Positions 39,801 to 54,100 of a DNA stretch of 64,000 nt are shown here, piece by piece. The notes under the pieces were generated by a model that was not told where the DNA came from, did no database searches, and worked only from the letters and a program-made list of their open reading frames with translations. How positions within the stretch are numbered: the first letter of the stretch is position 1; each line of letters starts with the position of its first letter. A program made the translations under genes and the position numbers. Where the stretch lies: positions 11,622,552 to 11,686,551 of the forward strand of contig CM082584.2 of the NCBI GenBank assembly GCA_040954595.2. The letters are read 5' to 3'. Source of the DNA: Balanoglossus misakiensis. Taxonomy: Eukaryota > Animalia > Hemichordata.

Positions 39801-42800
39801 TCTTCAAGTATCATAGACCAGATAAAAACCGACAATACCTAAATCCCCATATTTACAATAAGCCTCTTGTTCACATCTTTAAATGGGTTCAACATCAGAA
39901 CTTATTTATATTTGAAGCAGTTTGACAGTAAAACATTAAACATCACAAAAACTATGGAGACCACATGTAGAACTTCAGCCTCAAAATAACTGCTCCACAA
40001 AGACTCTCCACTCTCAAAATGCTAGCAAGTCCACAAGTATAGCCATACTCAGCCATAATGATAAACTTTGACCAAATTTGATCGATAATTTATTCAAGTA
40101 TTTGTTACGAACTCAACGGATACAGCTGCAAAGAAATATCCTTTTAATTGTGTCGGGTGACCTCACTGTGCAGAAATTCTGCAACTTGGATCAAATCAAA
40201 CGATCAATGTCAGTAATAAATGACTTGTCAATTCTGCTTTACATTTTTCAAAGTGACCTTATCAGCTGTAATAAGTGTGTAATGGGCCGCCACAAAATTC
40301 CATTAATAAGTGAAACTATGTCAATATTATCTGTCACCTTGTGATCCATGTCAGAGTCACAGACACACCCTCCTGACAGTCTTGCCATTTTTGTCAGTTC
40401 ACATGTTGCGGTCGATCACTGAAAAACACAGCCAGATGGATTAATGGGCTGAGAGAATATACTTCATTACCGGCAGAAGTTACTCCGATTATTAAATTAT
40501 TTTGATCATAATTTGACAACGCAAATCCCAAAACTTCATTCTAAATGGAGAGGGTTGTCTGCAATCATTCCCGGAGACGGTCATCGCGCGCGCGTCAAAT
40601 TTGGAAGAGTGAATTTTGAGAGGGAATGACAGTCCACGCGTCTCTGAGCCAATGCTCTGCCAGGATAAATCCACAAGGCACTCAGCCATACTCCGTAGTG
40701 AATACCGGGTTAAATTAAAGCCAGGATCTGGAACACGGATGGGATGCGTTATCTTTCAAAGATGATGAACTCCTTTGTTAGGACAAATGTCACAGCTAAC
40801 GCACAGGCTACAACATCACAGTGAATTACTTTTAATGGCAGATAGACCAGGATGTCTGCGTGAGATAGCTCTGACTTGAATGAATCAAATTAAAAGACAA
40901 CTGCTTGAGCTGAGTCGCTTTTAATGTACTTGGATATTACGGCTACACATGCATTAACACCAGCCCCCAACACACTCTCAATAGATAGCCTAGATGAAAT
41001 ATCTCTCACACATACACACACACGCACAGACCCAGCACAGAGGCTTTTATTGTAATATTTCTAATCCGGCCAGGGTGTAAAGACTTTACCGTTTCTATGG
41101 CGACTGAAAGCCTGGCTAGTGTTTATCAGAGATGTGTAATTGGACGGTGATAAGTTATGGACTCACAGTAACCGAGTTCATTACGGGATCCAAGTTCCCT
41201 ATTTTAGAAACCAGTGGTGTGACATTTCATAAACCATTAGTGGTTTTTTTTATATGCATACTGGCTGTGAAACCGGGCATGACAAGCTTGGAATGCATTG
41301 TGTCCATCTAGTACATCATTTATTAGGTCATCTCGCCGTCTCATACACCTGCCTCACGCTGACACTTTGAGCAAAACATGACACTATATCATGGCTAGTC
41401 AATGAATTCATGGTGATAATGTCCGTGTCTATCTACATGCCCCCCCCCCCCTTCCCAGTACATTGGCCAACAATTGTAATGCCCCAAGACACTGCATGCT
41501 TCATCAGTGTCACGTACGTCTTACTCATCAAAAACTTACTCCAAATTCTATAGATCTGCATTACTCTATGCTAGCCAAAACTGTGTAGAGAAAATGTCAA
41601 ATAATCCTTCAGTTAAATATCTTATTATAAAGTCATTTTGGTTCTGATATGTCTTTGTCTGAATGTCATCAGCATTTTTTAGTCACAAAAAATGTGTCAC
41701 TTCGGCTACTAAGCTGTAGGTATAACCTTTACTCAGAGGCCCTATGAACTTTGAGCTGATGGACATTTCATTTCCTTTAAATGACATGAGAGCATGATGA
41801 ATTTTCAAACAAAGTGAGTTCATCCTGACCAGGGCATGTCCCAAAAATCTGCCATGTAAAACTGGCCGCTTGTACCTTTGCACTTATGCAGTTGTTGTAG
41901 CTCTGCTGTAGAAAGTATTTCCTAAACACATATGGCAAAGAGGTCACGCACACATAGCCTTGAAATAATCTGCAAAAGGTGATATTTTTCCGCTGGGGAC
42001 ATCATCTATCATGACAGCTAGACAAGAGCCCTGGTAAATGTCCCAAGGACTTCATATATTTAAAAATGAATAATTGTATCAAACCTCATCAGATCATGGT
42101 TTTTCACCTGTCAATACTAGGTTTTGTCATTTTCCAAGAAACATGATCCATCTGCAGGAATTTGGGGGCCAAACATGAAAGGATGACATTATTTATTATT
42201 ATTATTAATAATAACCTTATTTCAGGATATACACAAACATGTGGCTCAACTATTTTACCACTGTAGGACACAACAGTCAAAGAACGCCATCCAAATAGGA
42301 ATCTTCATTTTTTCTCCCATTTTTTATTTGAAAAAATAACCGTAAAAGCTGCTGCATGATGCTTTTTCACTGGCTGAAACCCATCCCATAATATTACCAG
42401 TTCTACAGCGATTGAATTCTGCCATACAGTTTATATCACTTTCTGCAAAGCACACGCAACTCCTAGCTACAAAGCTTAGCCTGTCAGAATAAATTCCACA
42501 AGCTGACATGCTGTGCGGACACTGAGAAGTTTTGCCAAAGTTTCCACTCACAATTGACATTTTTTGCGTCGACAATGTGCGCGCTTCCTACGACCTATTA
42601 CACAACGCACCCTCAAGATCGGACGCGGCCACATCCCATCTCACGCATTCTGTCTACGATATGCATAAATTTCAAGCACGGTGCACTGTAGCAGAAAATA
42701 CAGAAAGACATCTTAATGGAAAAGCTGGAAGCAAAAGTAAAAACACCGCATCAGGTACTGACGGAGTCGAACCACCCAACTTTGCGACCACTCACTATAA

Positions 42801-43431
42801 GTAACCCTTGGAGAAAACCTTTAAACTTTCATGACGCTCACATTCAAATGACCAGCATCCACAAACCAAAAAAATGATTTCCCCACTCCATCAAACGGAA
42901 CTCAAATTTGCATCTTTATTACCTGTTAATTAATAAAAGAGCAGTTATCACATGGCAATCTTGTCCTGTTTCCATCAAAGCAACTGAACAGTATCACTTC
43001 AATGTATAAATTCCATCATCTAACCAATAGTATCTTACACGACTTATCGCTGCTTTCTTGATTTGCTCTTTCCCCCCATCTAATTTGACACTATCACTCA
43101 TAGAAATCTGCTGGCATTAAGTGAAAACTATGAATATATAATCCCATTTCCCGTCTGAGAAAACATAACATCTCAGCTCATACTCAAAGAGTGCAATGAC
43201 TCTGCTATTTCCATTTTCTTTTCATTTGACGTTTAATTGAATTACTTGTCAAGATAATTATATATTCTTGACTCACTTTTTGAGGGGGCTATAATGATAA
43301 CTATGCCATTCATAAAATTTTTAATAGGACTAATGCATTATGTCTCCAATGGTATTAGCATATTTAACGCAAGCAATGACGTTCCAGTTTTTTTTCTCAA
43401 GGAAAGTTCAATGAACAGCGAAAGAATTTGT

Positions 43432-43524
43432 TTAACCCTTTCACCAACATGGTTTGGGTCAAATCCATTGTTTTCTGAAGTGAAGATATGGACCTCTACA
43501 AAGGGGAACATGGAGTGAAAGTAA
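43432..43524. mobile_element. Possible short decayed piggyBac-style MITE
   Basis: Begins TTAACCCTTTCAC..CATG and ends CATG..GTGAAAGTAA, an imperfect terminal inverted repeat. TTAA/CCC termini are typical of piggyBac-type ends. Confidence 0.3.
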
Positions 43525-44684
43525 TTTTGAGGGGCTTGGCTCAGAAGAATGGAAGTGCTCAGAAACTGTAATAGTTTCTTTCCATTGTTTGGCAAAATAT
43601 TTTTAAAAAGCACATTAGATATGTGTGTGTGAACAATGAATAGAGTCAATATCAATGTCATTAATGCAAACATGATCCACTCAAAGAAAAAAGAATCTGG
43701 AATGTTTCATGTTTTGTGATTGATACTTGACAGATCATTAAAATTTGTGAATCCAAAAGTAAACGAACTACAACCTGCAAAAATCCACAGCCAACACTTC
43801 TGGAACCATATTTTCAAAATTATCTGACAGCATCAATTTTCCAAAGATAGATACCGTTAAACTATAAAGAATTGATGTTTTGAGCCCTCTAGTGGGCTAA
43901 AAGGATATTTATTTTCATAGACTGGTTACAGTCCACGATATACTATTCAAACTTGCATGGGTTGACCTTACAGGCAATTATAATGAAAATAGAGAATGCG
44001 TTTCCGACACAAGCAGCTAATATCTTTTTTAATGGCTTTCTTTCGACAACAATGAGCTGTGATCTATTTGAACAAAAAATGCAAAGTTCAAAATGCCCCA
44101 CATTGTCAAGATGAAATTTCAGTCAATATTCAAATCAGGAAGGGATTTTCACGTCAGAGGCAGATTTTTCAGTTCAGGGGGAAAACAAATTTGCAGCATG
44201 AATGGACAACTAATGCACTTGGTGCCAGCAGAGCTCCTAAACAGGAAAATAAAATCGTGAGTTTTTCCCGTTCACGAATATCTTACGATTTTCATTCAGT
44301 AGAAGTTTGGAGCATATCAAACGCTGCATTGGTTTGTAATCATTCTGTTGAAGCCAAGTTGTCGCTGTTGGTGAGCCCGGATTTGTGAAAAGTGACAATA
44401 ACTTCTCTTTGTTGAATATTACAATCTTCAATAAACTCACACTCAGATCTGATCCTGATACTACCTGGTTTCACATGCTCCTTTTGATTTCCTTGCAAAA
44501 TCGCCCTCAATGAAATAACTTTTTAAGGACAGTACCGTACGTGATGACCAACCCACTTGTGTATTGTTACTTTTCTCTTTGATTTATACTCGAAGTAAAA
44601 AGCAAAAGCCGATTGCACCTTGTGACCTGCTGAGATTCAAATTTGTCATAAACTCTGCCTGCCCAGACTTCAGTGATGGAGGCG

Positions 44685-44698
44685 GTTGCCAGGGAAAC
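44685..44698. promoter_or_regulatory. RFX X-box
   Basis: GTTGCCAGGGAAAC; the identical 14-mer also occurs at 13901-13914. Confidence 0.5.
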
Positions 44699-47600
44699 CA
44701 AGTGACGGAGAGTGAGAACAGCCTTATCAAAATGAACCCTACAGATAAACATTTTATTGTATTCTTTTTTTCTAAACTCCATGAGTCAATTAGTGTATTA
44801 TCTGTGAAGATTTAATTACAAACCATGTATTGGGATAACAATTGTCTGCCACGTGGATGTTAATTGTGTTTTATAAACTTCCTTGGTACTTCCAAAGGAC
44901 AGATTTAACTGTTGTTATTTTCCACAGCGACTAATGCAGCATTATTCATGACACCATGGCTGCAACTGTGCAATAGGCATTTCATTTAATGCCTCAAACC
45001 TGGCAAAATGCAGTCATGATAATGGGAATTAATACAGACAGAAAACTGAGGCTCTGTTTGGCTAGAAATCCTTTTTCTTGTAAAATGTGCCACACACAAA
45101 GACACACACACACACTCTCTCGTTTTGACTATCACACTCAGTCCCCCTCCCATCTCTCTCGATCACACACACACACACAGTGCAGTACAGCAGAGTTATC
45201 ATTTACATCCAAATGGGGAAAAAACCCTGAAGCTGTACTTTAAGAATCACTGCACAGCTACCAAAGCCCTGTAATTGTCATTCAAGCCGTGAACAATACT
45301 GGCATAAGCTGGTGTGTTCTCGACTCCGGCAAAGAAAAACCAGTCACCTGACAAGCTTGCCATTTGCAGGTTGCTTCTCGCAAATAAAAAAGTTGACACG
45401 AGGACCTTAGACACATGAACACATGCCTGTGCAATCTACCAACATCAGACTTTGGTGGGAAAAGACTAAAATGAAACAGAAAAGTAAATGCAATATATTT
45501 GATGGTCAGGGAGATAAATTTGATGGTCTTAAATATGCATGTCTCTGAACAAAAGTCTCGCACACCATCTTATGGACACTCAACGCCCGGCTGATATCTC
45601 TGCTGTTATTAAACACACTAATATAAATTATATTAACCTAGTTTTCATTTCAATAAAAATTACAACTTCAGTCGTTCATTCATTCATCGGATTGGGAAAA
45701 GCGCTCGGAATGGGCCTTGTACTAAATGTCCTCAGGCTACCACTTAAAAAAATAGAAACTGAAAATTAACAGAAAAAACTCTATTTTCACAAATGGTATT
45801 AGACTGTTGAACTCTGACCCAGAATCATTTACTTGCATGAAGACAGTGTCAGTTGGGAAGGATGTAAGATGGAATGTTTTTATTTGGTAGCTGGAGTGAC
45901 ATGCAATGAGGACTGTGGTACCATGATTTTATTCTCTCAGAAGTATTCATCTTTATATTCTGGTATTCTGAATAAACCATAGAACACTACCCTTATAGTT
46001 ACAATTTCAAAACTTTCATTCGCTTCTATCTTCACAGACCATTTTTCTACTTTTCAGAAATAATTGCCATTTTTCTCCACTTTCCCAGCATGCAGTGCAC
46101 TCATCATTCAAATCAAGTGCACATTTCATCTGGTATTAAATGTGAACAAGTTTCTGGGTGAAACTATAGTATATAATGTGATATCAAAATTTCAGACATG
46201 ATCCCTGGCATAATAAAATAAAATGTTACAATAAAGACAAATTTGATAATTGTTATCTTTGAATGAAATTCATTAATAAGATTAGCCAAGTCATTATAAT
46301 TATATCTAATTGGACTAATTGGATTAAACAGCTGATAACTTGAATTGTGTTCTGTATGGTGGTATGATCAGATTTTGCAAATATTTTGTTTTAATGATTG
46401 GATGACGGGAATAGTAATTAAGACATCAGAGACACAAAACATCAAGGACTTGACAGAATCTCTTGTGAGCATTGAAAAGCACATCGAGTAAGGTATACAT
46501 GATCTGCCTTTTTTATACATGAAACAGTGACTATTTATATGTGTGTGTGTATGTTTGTGTTCCCAAACACAAGGGCACTCCATGTGGGTGTATAGTACAC
46601 TGTATAAGTTCCCCAACAATCACCGGCGATCGGTTGGCAACAATTCATTGGCAAGCTTAATGATTGAAGCAGTGGGGCCACCTGCCGTGCCGTTTTTGGC
46701 GTGCAACAATAGGAACCATTGCCAGTCAACTTATTGAATTCCAACAATATAAGATAGCCCGGAGGCTAGGATTATTCCGACTACGACTGCAGAGCGCCGT
46801 GATTTTCGCTCAATATCCACAATCAAAGGGAAAGCGGCAGTTCTCCCCGTGCGACGCACATCCCTAATAGCGTTGAACGCACCCGCTCTACCAACACATT
46901 TTCTCACAGCCTCGTCGCTTGTTTCCTTATCAAAACTACTACCGCAAGCACCCAGGTGATTGTATCTTTTCCGGTAGAATTTCTTTTTCCTGACAAAGCC
47001 CGGAATGCACGTTGATGGAAATTTCAGTTGTTGTGGCAACTGAGAGATACAATGCATTGCACAAATAAACTGTGAAGTTCACAAAGTTACATATAATTAA
47101 GTCAATATTTTTTTCCAGAAAAAAATGTATATCTGTGATTTCTGTTGAATTCTAGCCAATGACAGATTTTCACAGGGACTGCCACATAGTCATTCGAAGA
47201 ATATCCATGCCAATTTAAACATATATGGAGATATGTAAATTAGGGGTGATTGTACGCCTTTAATAACCTTCCCTGGTACCAGCCCCAGTATTTTCTTATT
47301 AAAACCTGGAGGAAAATTATACAGACAGATCTCATGAATTCACCAGTGACTCCATGTGTCTGTTTATATTGCATGTGTCTGTGCTTGTAATAGCAATGTT
47401 GTGCAAACAGCGGCAATTCCACCTTTTATAGAAATTCAACAGCAAGCGTATACAATTACTACATTAGCATCGCATTTTAAAAGTAAAATGAAGTTCTAGA
47501 TGTCCTACTTTCAGATTTGATTAATTTGTGCAAATCAGTCTTAACCCAGATTATAACATTTAGACATCTCCATAAGGTTTTGCTTTCATTTCTAGCTATG

Positions 47601-48777
47601 TACATGTGTATTGGTATGTGATATAATTATGGCTGGAACGAAAAGATTTTCAGTAGAAGAGAAATAAACAATAATGATGTGAACTTTGAGTAATTTAAAA
47701 ATTATCACACATTTGAGAAATTCGGCCCTATGTTTCTAGAACCTGTTCCATTTATACATACATATATACTTGTTGACTATACTATATATACAGAAGGGGA
47801 ATAATTTCTCTGCCTCAAAGATACAAACAGGAGTCAATATTTTCCCAGCTGGGTTCGTAATTCTACCAAACACCCAGACTCTCATTTAGTATTTAAATTT
47901 ACACAGTACACGGCAAAATGGGAGAGAGAAAAACATTCCATCGGAATACTATTACCCTTTCTATGGATTTCAGGATAGTAATTTCGAGTGAAAATTCCTT
48001 CAATTTTGATTTAATTCCCATGTGAGAGACTTCTATGAAATATGAATCTGCCGTTTATGTTCATTCTGATTATTTTTGCCAGGGGAAATTATTTCTCGAA
48101 GCAATATTCTGCTGTTTTTTTTCAGACTGTTGACATCAGAGCTTACATTTTAGATCCTGCCGCATATACTACGTGTAGCATGATCACCCAAAGTTCACTG
48201 TCCCAACCCCTAATTTATTTGCAAATGGAATAGTCCAGCTGCAATTCAACATTAAAGAACATTCCACTTTTGGGAGTAGACAGGGAATTTCTTGGTGAGA
48301 GGTCACCATCAAAATTATCATGCCATCACATCAGCAACCTTTATATGCAAAACAAGGGATAGATGGACAAATGTGGATTTTAAAATAAACTTGACATTTC
48401 AAGATCTGCTTTAGGGGCACCTTGTTCATCAGCTTTATCTAAACGCAAGATAAGTATCTCAGAGGAAGACAGAGACTTTACACCACATATACTGTGTAGA
48501 CAAAAATAACAATACAGGAAACAGGGATTGAAAACTACCCAATAAAACCGTGTACACAAACAAGAATTATTTGTGAGATTCAATCTTTGGTTTGTGACTG
48601 ATTGTACTTTGTGTAGAAAACCCATCCACATATCATCAAAATATTTCTCACTCAAATCAACATGAATTCTAATTTTAACTTAGCAAAAAAAAAGAGAAAT
48701 CAGATAATCTCTCGATTCAGATGCAAATGACAACAGTGATCCAAAAATACAACCTACGCATATCAGTTGTTTTACGA

Positions 48778-48793
48778 TGCACCATCTAGCGGT
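48778..48793 (-). promoter_or_regulatory. CTCF-like site
   Basis: The minus strand reads ACCGCTAGATGGTGCA, close to the CTCF core CCASYAGRKGGCRS. Confidence 0.4.
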
Positions 48794-50280
48794 ATGACTT
48801 GAATTTCACAGTAATACAACGACAGTGAAACTGTAACACACTGATGAATCTTCTTGAGAATTTAGAATTACAAAAAAAGGGCAAGCTTGATTAAAATTCT
48901 TGGAAAACATTCATTTCACGGGAATAATACTTGGAATTTGAATTTCAAATTGTGACATTTGAAACCATCTGAATTGATGGATTGCGGATCTATATGAAAT
49001 TCAAGATGATGAAACTGGCAGATACGGAATCCCACAAAAATTCTATCGCAAACATCTCGCTGTATTCCTGTCTTCGGCATTTGTTATCATTAGCGGAGAA
49101 AAAGACGCTGTCTTTCTTTAAAGTATGATGGAATTTTCTGAAGGGCAAAGGTTTTCGCCACACTTTGACTCCTTCATTATGAGTGGAAATTTTTAGATAT
49201 TGACGTTATTTATACAAAACCCAAATTAATATCAGAGTGGGACAAGAGGAATGGGGCTAGCCGGGTGGACCCTCTCGGGCAAGGCACGGCAACCGCACAA
49301 GAAATTCAATACACTTAAGCGGGAAAATTTAATTTGATTGGCCTCATAGGCAGATGAGATTGGGTTCTGCGACTAATCCGTTGCACCAGCCCTACATTCT
49401 ATAACATATTCACAGACGCTTGCCATTTACGTCGATCGTTTGTGTCTTCTCAAAAGGCACTGAAATCAACATAGAGATGTTACCGGTGGCCCTTTACGCT
49501 CAGACAACACACGATTGAAATTCAGGACGTTTCTCCCCCCGTATATTTCATTCTAAGCCGCTTTAATCAAATGACGTAGGTATTTTTCATGTGGACGTCT
49601 GAAAACTGTCCCGGCGCTACAAGTCACATTTTATCATCAGCGTCCAGCAACGCGCCGTGTCCCATGCATCATTTCCGAGCCATTATTTCCAAATTACTGT
49701 TCAACGGAATTAATTGCGCATTGTTTAATTACCCACGTTTAACATGAGCGTGCAAACAACATGGCGGCCGAACGACAAAGTACATCATTGTTGGGATGTG
49801 GGCTACCTAGCTCACAAAACTAGAGCCTAGTACACTATATGCATTGCTTGAAAATTAATGAACGCTGCTACAAGCGCGGCACGCACTGATCTGAATTTTT
49901 TGCGACAACAACACCGTGACTAATTGAATTTTGCCCCCAGAAGATAGCGGCTTATGAAATCCCAAATAACTGCAAGAAATTGCCATTGATCCCGGAAATC
50001 CCAATATTGTTTTAGAAATATTGATTTCAGATAATGGGGAGGGTGCAACATTTAATAACGACACCACCTGAGCATATACCGCCAACCCATGGATCAGTAC
50101 TCACAGGACTTTCTGAGAATTAAGCGACTGTAGTGATAGTTGTTTTTTCAAAACAGACGTTACATAGTGCGATGCAGAAACATGCAGTCGTACTGTCGGT
50201 CGAGCAGTCATGTTCTTCAAGAGAGACACTGCCAAAGTCATACGGCCATACAAACAGATGGTGCAGACAACAAACAGACA

Positions 50281-50430
50281 ACAGTCACATGACCAGACAG
50301 CCCCATTATAAGACAAGCAGTAACACAGCCCCTCCAAAAGACACACAGTCCATGCAAACCCAACCAGCACACAGTCACACGGCCAGGCATGCACAGACAC
50401 AGTCTAGTCTCACGGACAAGAGCACAGCTC
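50281..50430 (+). repeat. Degenerate minisatellite with ACAG(T/C)C cores, spacing mostly 25-28 nt
   Basis: Cores at 50281, 50297, 50325, 50345, 50371, 50399 and 50424. Confidence 0.45.
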
Positions 50431-51075
50431 AATGAAAACAAATGTATCTTCATTTGGGGCAATGTCCCTGGTAAATGAAATTACCATGCCCTAGGTTATT
50501 ACCTACATGCTGAGTGCAGACTGAATAATGTCTCAAATATTAAGATTACTAGCCGGTTTAAGCACAATCAAGCCAACACAATAACACACTTCGGTGTCTG
50601 TCAGCCAGCACCTGCCAAGCGATTATTCAAATAAACAGTGACATAGTTACCTTTGCACTAGATGTATGCAAAATTCTGGACGCAATTTATGATTTAAAGA
50701 CTAAGCTCTGTCTCCCCCGTGTCAAAGTCAAATTTTCTTTCCATTTATTTACATTTCCAAGGTGTTGACTTTCTGTACTTGCTGATTTTTGAAAACATAT
50801 TCTCGTTTATCACCATTGTGAAGGAAATTAGGTTGACCGTCCGAGTATTAATAATTTTGCTCCATCTAGCAAGAGCGATGTGCTCATTAACAAAACACCA
50901 CAACAGCAACTAACATAGATATGACATTTAATGAGAGAAAATTTCACTTCTCTGTTTACTAAATTTCAAAATCAATGATCAACCTGTTCAATTCTGTTAT
51001 GTCAAAGTTGGGGCCGTACAGCATAACTCAAACCCTGCCACAAAATGCACCTGTGTAATTTGAATCTTCATTTTT

Positions 51076-51119
51076 GAGAGAGAGAGAGAGACAGAGAGAG
51101 AGAGAAGGAAGGAGAGAGA
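51076..51119 (+). repeat. Imperfect (GA)n microsatellite
   Basis: Read directly from the sequence. Confidence 0.9.
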
Positions 51120-54100
51120 CACGTCTATAAGTCTCTGTCAATGTACATCTTGAATTTTGAGACTGTATTTGCATGGATTAAACAGATTTCAAGGATATTG
51201 TTGATTATTGCTGGCAGAACTCAACACCCAATTTGACTTTACAGCAACAACCGTATTAAAACAGCAACCTTTGACACTGACCAGATTTCTTGACTTTGGA
51301 AATTTCACGGTTGATTCGCTGTGATTTCTCAGACCGACACCAAAAACTGAGCATTCACATAGCATTCTTTGCCTCTGTTTTTTTTCCACAACCGTATTCC
51401 GTAAATAAGTCAGAAAATACAGTTTTGTTGAGGTTATGATCTTTCGGGTTTGCAAGATTGGTTGATTTTTTACGTCAAACCAGACAGAAACTACGAAGGA
51501 AATATTTTCTGACCAGTAAAAAAGCAATCAAGTGGGTAAATCTATGTTAATTACCAAGTTAATAAATCAAACTTTATGCCATTTACATACAAAACTGGAA
51601 GCTGTTTTATGTTCTGTGTCCTACGGTGCATTTGGCGCCAGTTTTGCCATTAGTCTGCTCGCATGACGAACATAAAAAAATTTCAAACTTTTTTTCACCT
51701 GAAAATCGTTGTCATGGAGGTTTTCTTCAGACGAGATTTCTATTCAACTGCAAAGGACATGTTGACATCAAAATTTAAAAAAAATTGGCAAAAGAGGGGC
51801 GAAAGTGGTTTATTTTTAAGTTGGCAAAGAGGGAGAATAATTTGTATTTCAGATAGTTGGTTGTGAGAGACAGCCAAATGGGAGTGAGGTGAGAGTTGTT
51901 GTAGATCAGTAAAGTAATTATCCGTAGACTGTCATTATCCAAGGGTCTAATGGCAGTTTTCACATTGAATACATAAGTATCCACACCTACAATGTAACTA
52001 CTCTGCCCTTCAGGTCACAGTTTTGTTCCTCGTTAAAAATTTCAGTCTTTTTTTTCTCTCTCTCTCCGACCAGTGACGTAACAGACACACTATGTACTGA
52101 GTGCGAGTGTGCGCGCAGTGTTTGGAGGTGAAACAAGCTGTCTACCAAAAGTGCAAATTTTCTTGCGATCGATCAATACTGGAAATAAATATATACACAG
52201 AGAATGCCTTCACACTGGTGGAACAACTGGGCTGGTGCACCTTCTGCAGTCAAATCTCGCTCTATTCATGTATGCGTGGTCCCTACGTATACGATCTCCA
52301 TGGCAACGACATATTCTTTACAATATTTCAGGGAGTTGGGAGATCATTAAATTTCACAAGTTGTAAGTCTCGACTAATAAGACGTGCTAAAGACATCTCC
52401 TTGGCGATATATTGTTTCTTTAACACTGCCTGGCAGTAAATCTTTCTGTCCAACATAGATTTGGTGCACTATGCAGGATTTCCCAAAGGAATGTTTCGAT
52501 TTGCTTTCGCGTCTAACATTATCTGAGCAATTGCAGTGTGGAATACATATATACATCCACTAGCAGGTGACGTAGATTCTCCACTACAAATAAAACTTTC
52601 ATGTGGCAATGTGTGCGCATGACATGATAAATAGCTCCGGCGATTCGTCAAGAATACAGCTTTTTGAGGTTTGGAAATAGTAAATCCGGCGGTTTTAGTC
52701 TGGCGTAAGCTGCACCTGTGGCCTTTTCTGAATAGAAGCGTGAGAGGGTGGGAGTGGCGCGATCCTCCCTCTGTATTCATGATTCTGCCCCCTTGACAGA
52801 TCGCTCTGATCGCGCCGTACTACGTATACGCACGGCGGATGTGCATGCATATATGAGAACGGGCGAAATACGCACGCGTATGCATGCACAGCTGCCTGAC
52901 AAGGCCAAGCGCAAGCATTTGTCGGAGATAGTTGACCGCGATACCTGTTTGTGCCAGCCCTCTCTCTCTCTCCTTCCATGCTCCCATTAATTATTCAAGC
53001 ATCGTCCGACTACGGTAAAACAAGCAGAGTGTTCTCGCTTCATCGTTATGATACAAATGTATATCGTTCCACGGACACAATCTTCATCTTGAGGCAGCTG
53101 CTTCCTCCTGCCTACATTAGAATAAATCTTAACCTACTTAAGTCATGTTGGCTGAAAAGAAACCAAGCGGCAAAGGCCTGCCTAATAACTATACCATTAA
53201 TATTTCTATAGGGGGTACAAGCCAATAACAGGAAGCCAGCCGTAACAAAGTGAAAAGGGACAATTTTTCTCACATACAAAAAAAAGTGACAGTCCCAATA
53301 CAGGGTTTTAATTAGGAAGAAAAAAATCCACAAATATTTCCCGTCCCTACATCCCTGGAGATGCAATGTTTACTGCGACAGTTGCTATCCTTATCGGGAC
53401 AGCAGACATGTGACAAATCACAGTTATGCCCCTGTCTAGTCTCAGGCAAAACATTTCTGTCACATGAAATCAAAGCTGTGGCATTCATCTGCAGATGACA
53501 GACAGACACTTTTGTTCAACAGCACACATTTGAGGTTCCCCTTTTAATACTTGGACTCCATTCACAAAATAAAAGGACGCACAAGAGAAAGGATATTAAT
53601 TTTGGCAGCCTCTCAATTTCTTTCATGTGTACCCTTTCTCTGTCAAAATTCATTACGCAAAAACCTACATCCAAAAAATAAAAACTTGATCAGAGTAGCT
53701 TTTTATGATCTCGATGGGTAAATAAAAAATCCCTTTCCATTGAGATATTATTGATTTCCACAATGGTGTCTGACTAAAATTGAAAGTAATTCTGTTGTCT
53801 TCACTTTTATCATCTTTGCAGAAGTACATGTATATAGAACACACCAACCTGGAAATTTTAGGGCTCAGTCATATTACAGTTGAAGGGGGGTTTAAGGTGT
53901 AATATATGATTTGCAATGAGGTGTAGTGTATAGAGGAACATTGGTTGTGTATTTTCATATGGAAAAGGTGTATTTTCTTAGAAAAAATAAATCACACTGA
54001 TCTTGAAAAGGCCATTAAGAGCAAAAATTGGTCAGATTTATCCACTGAGATTCTTTGTTATGGCACGTTCGACTCATGTCATGAATTGCAAAGCCCAACA

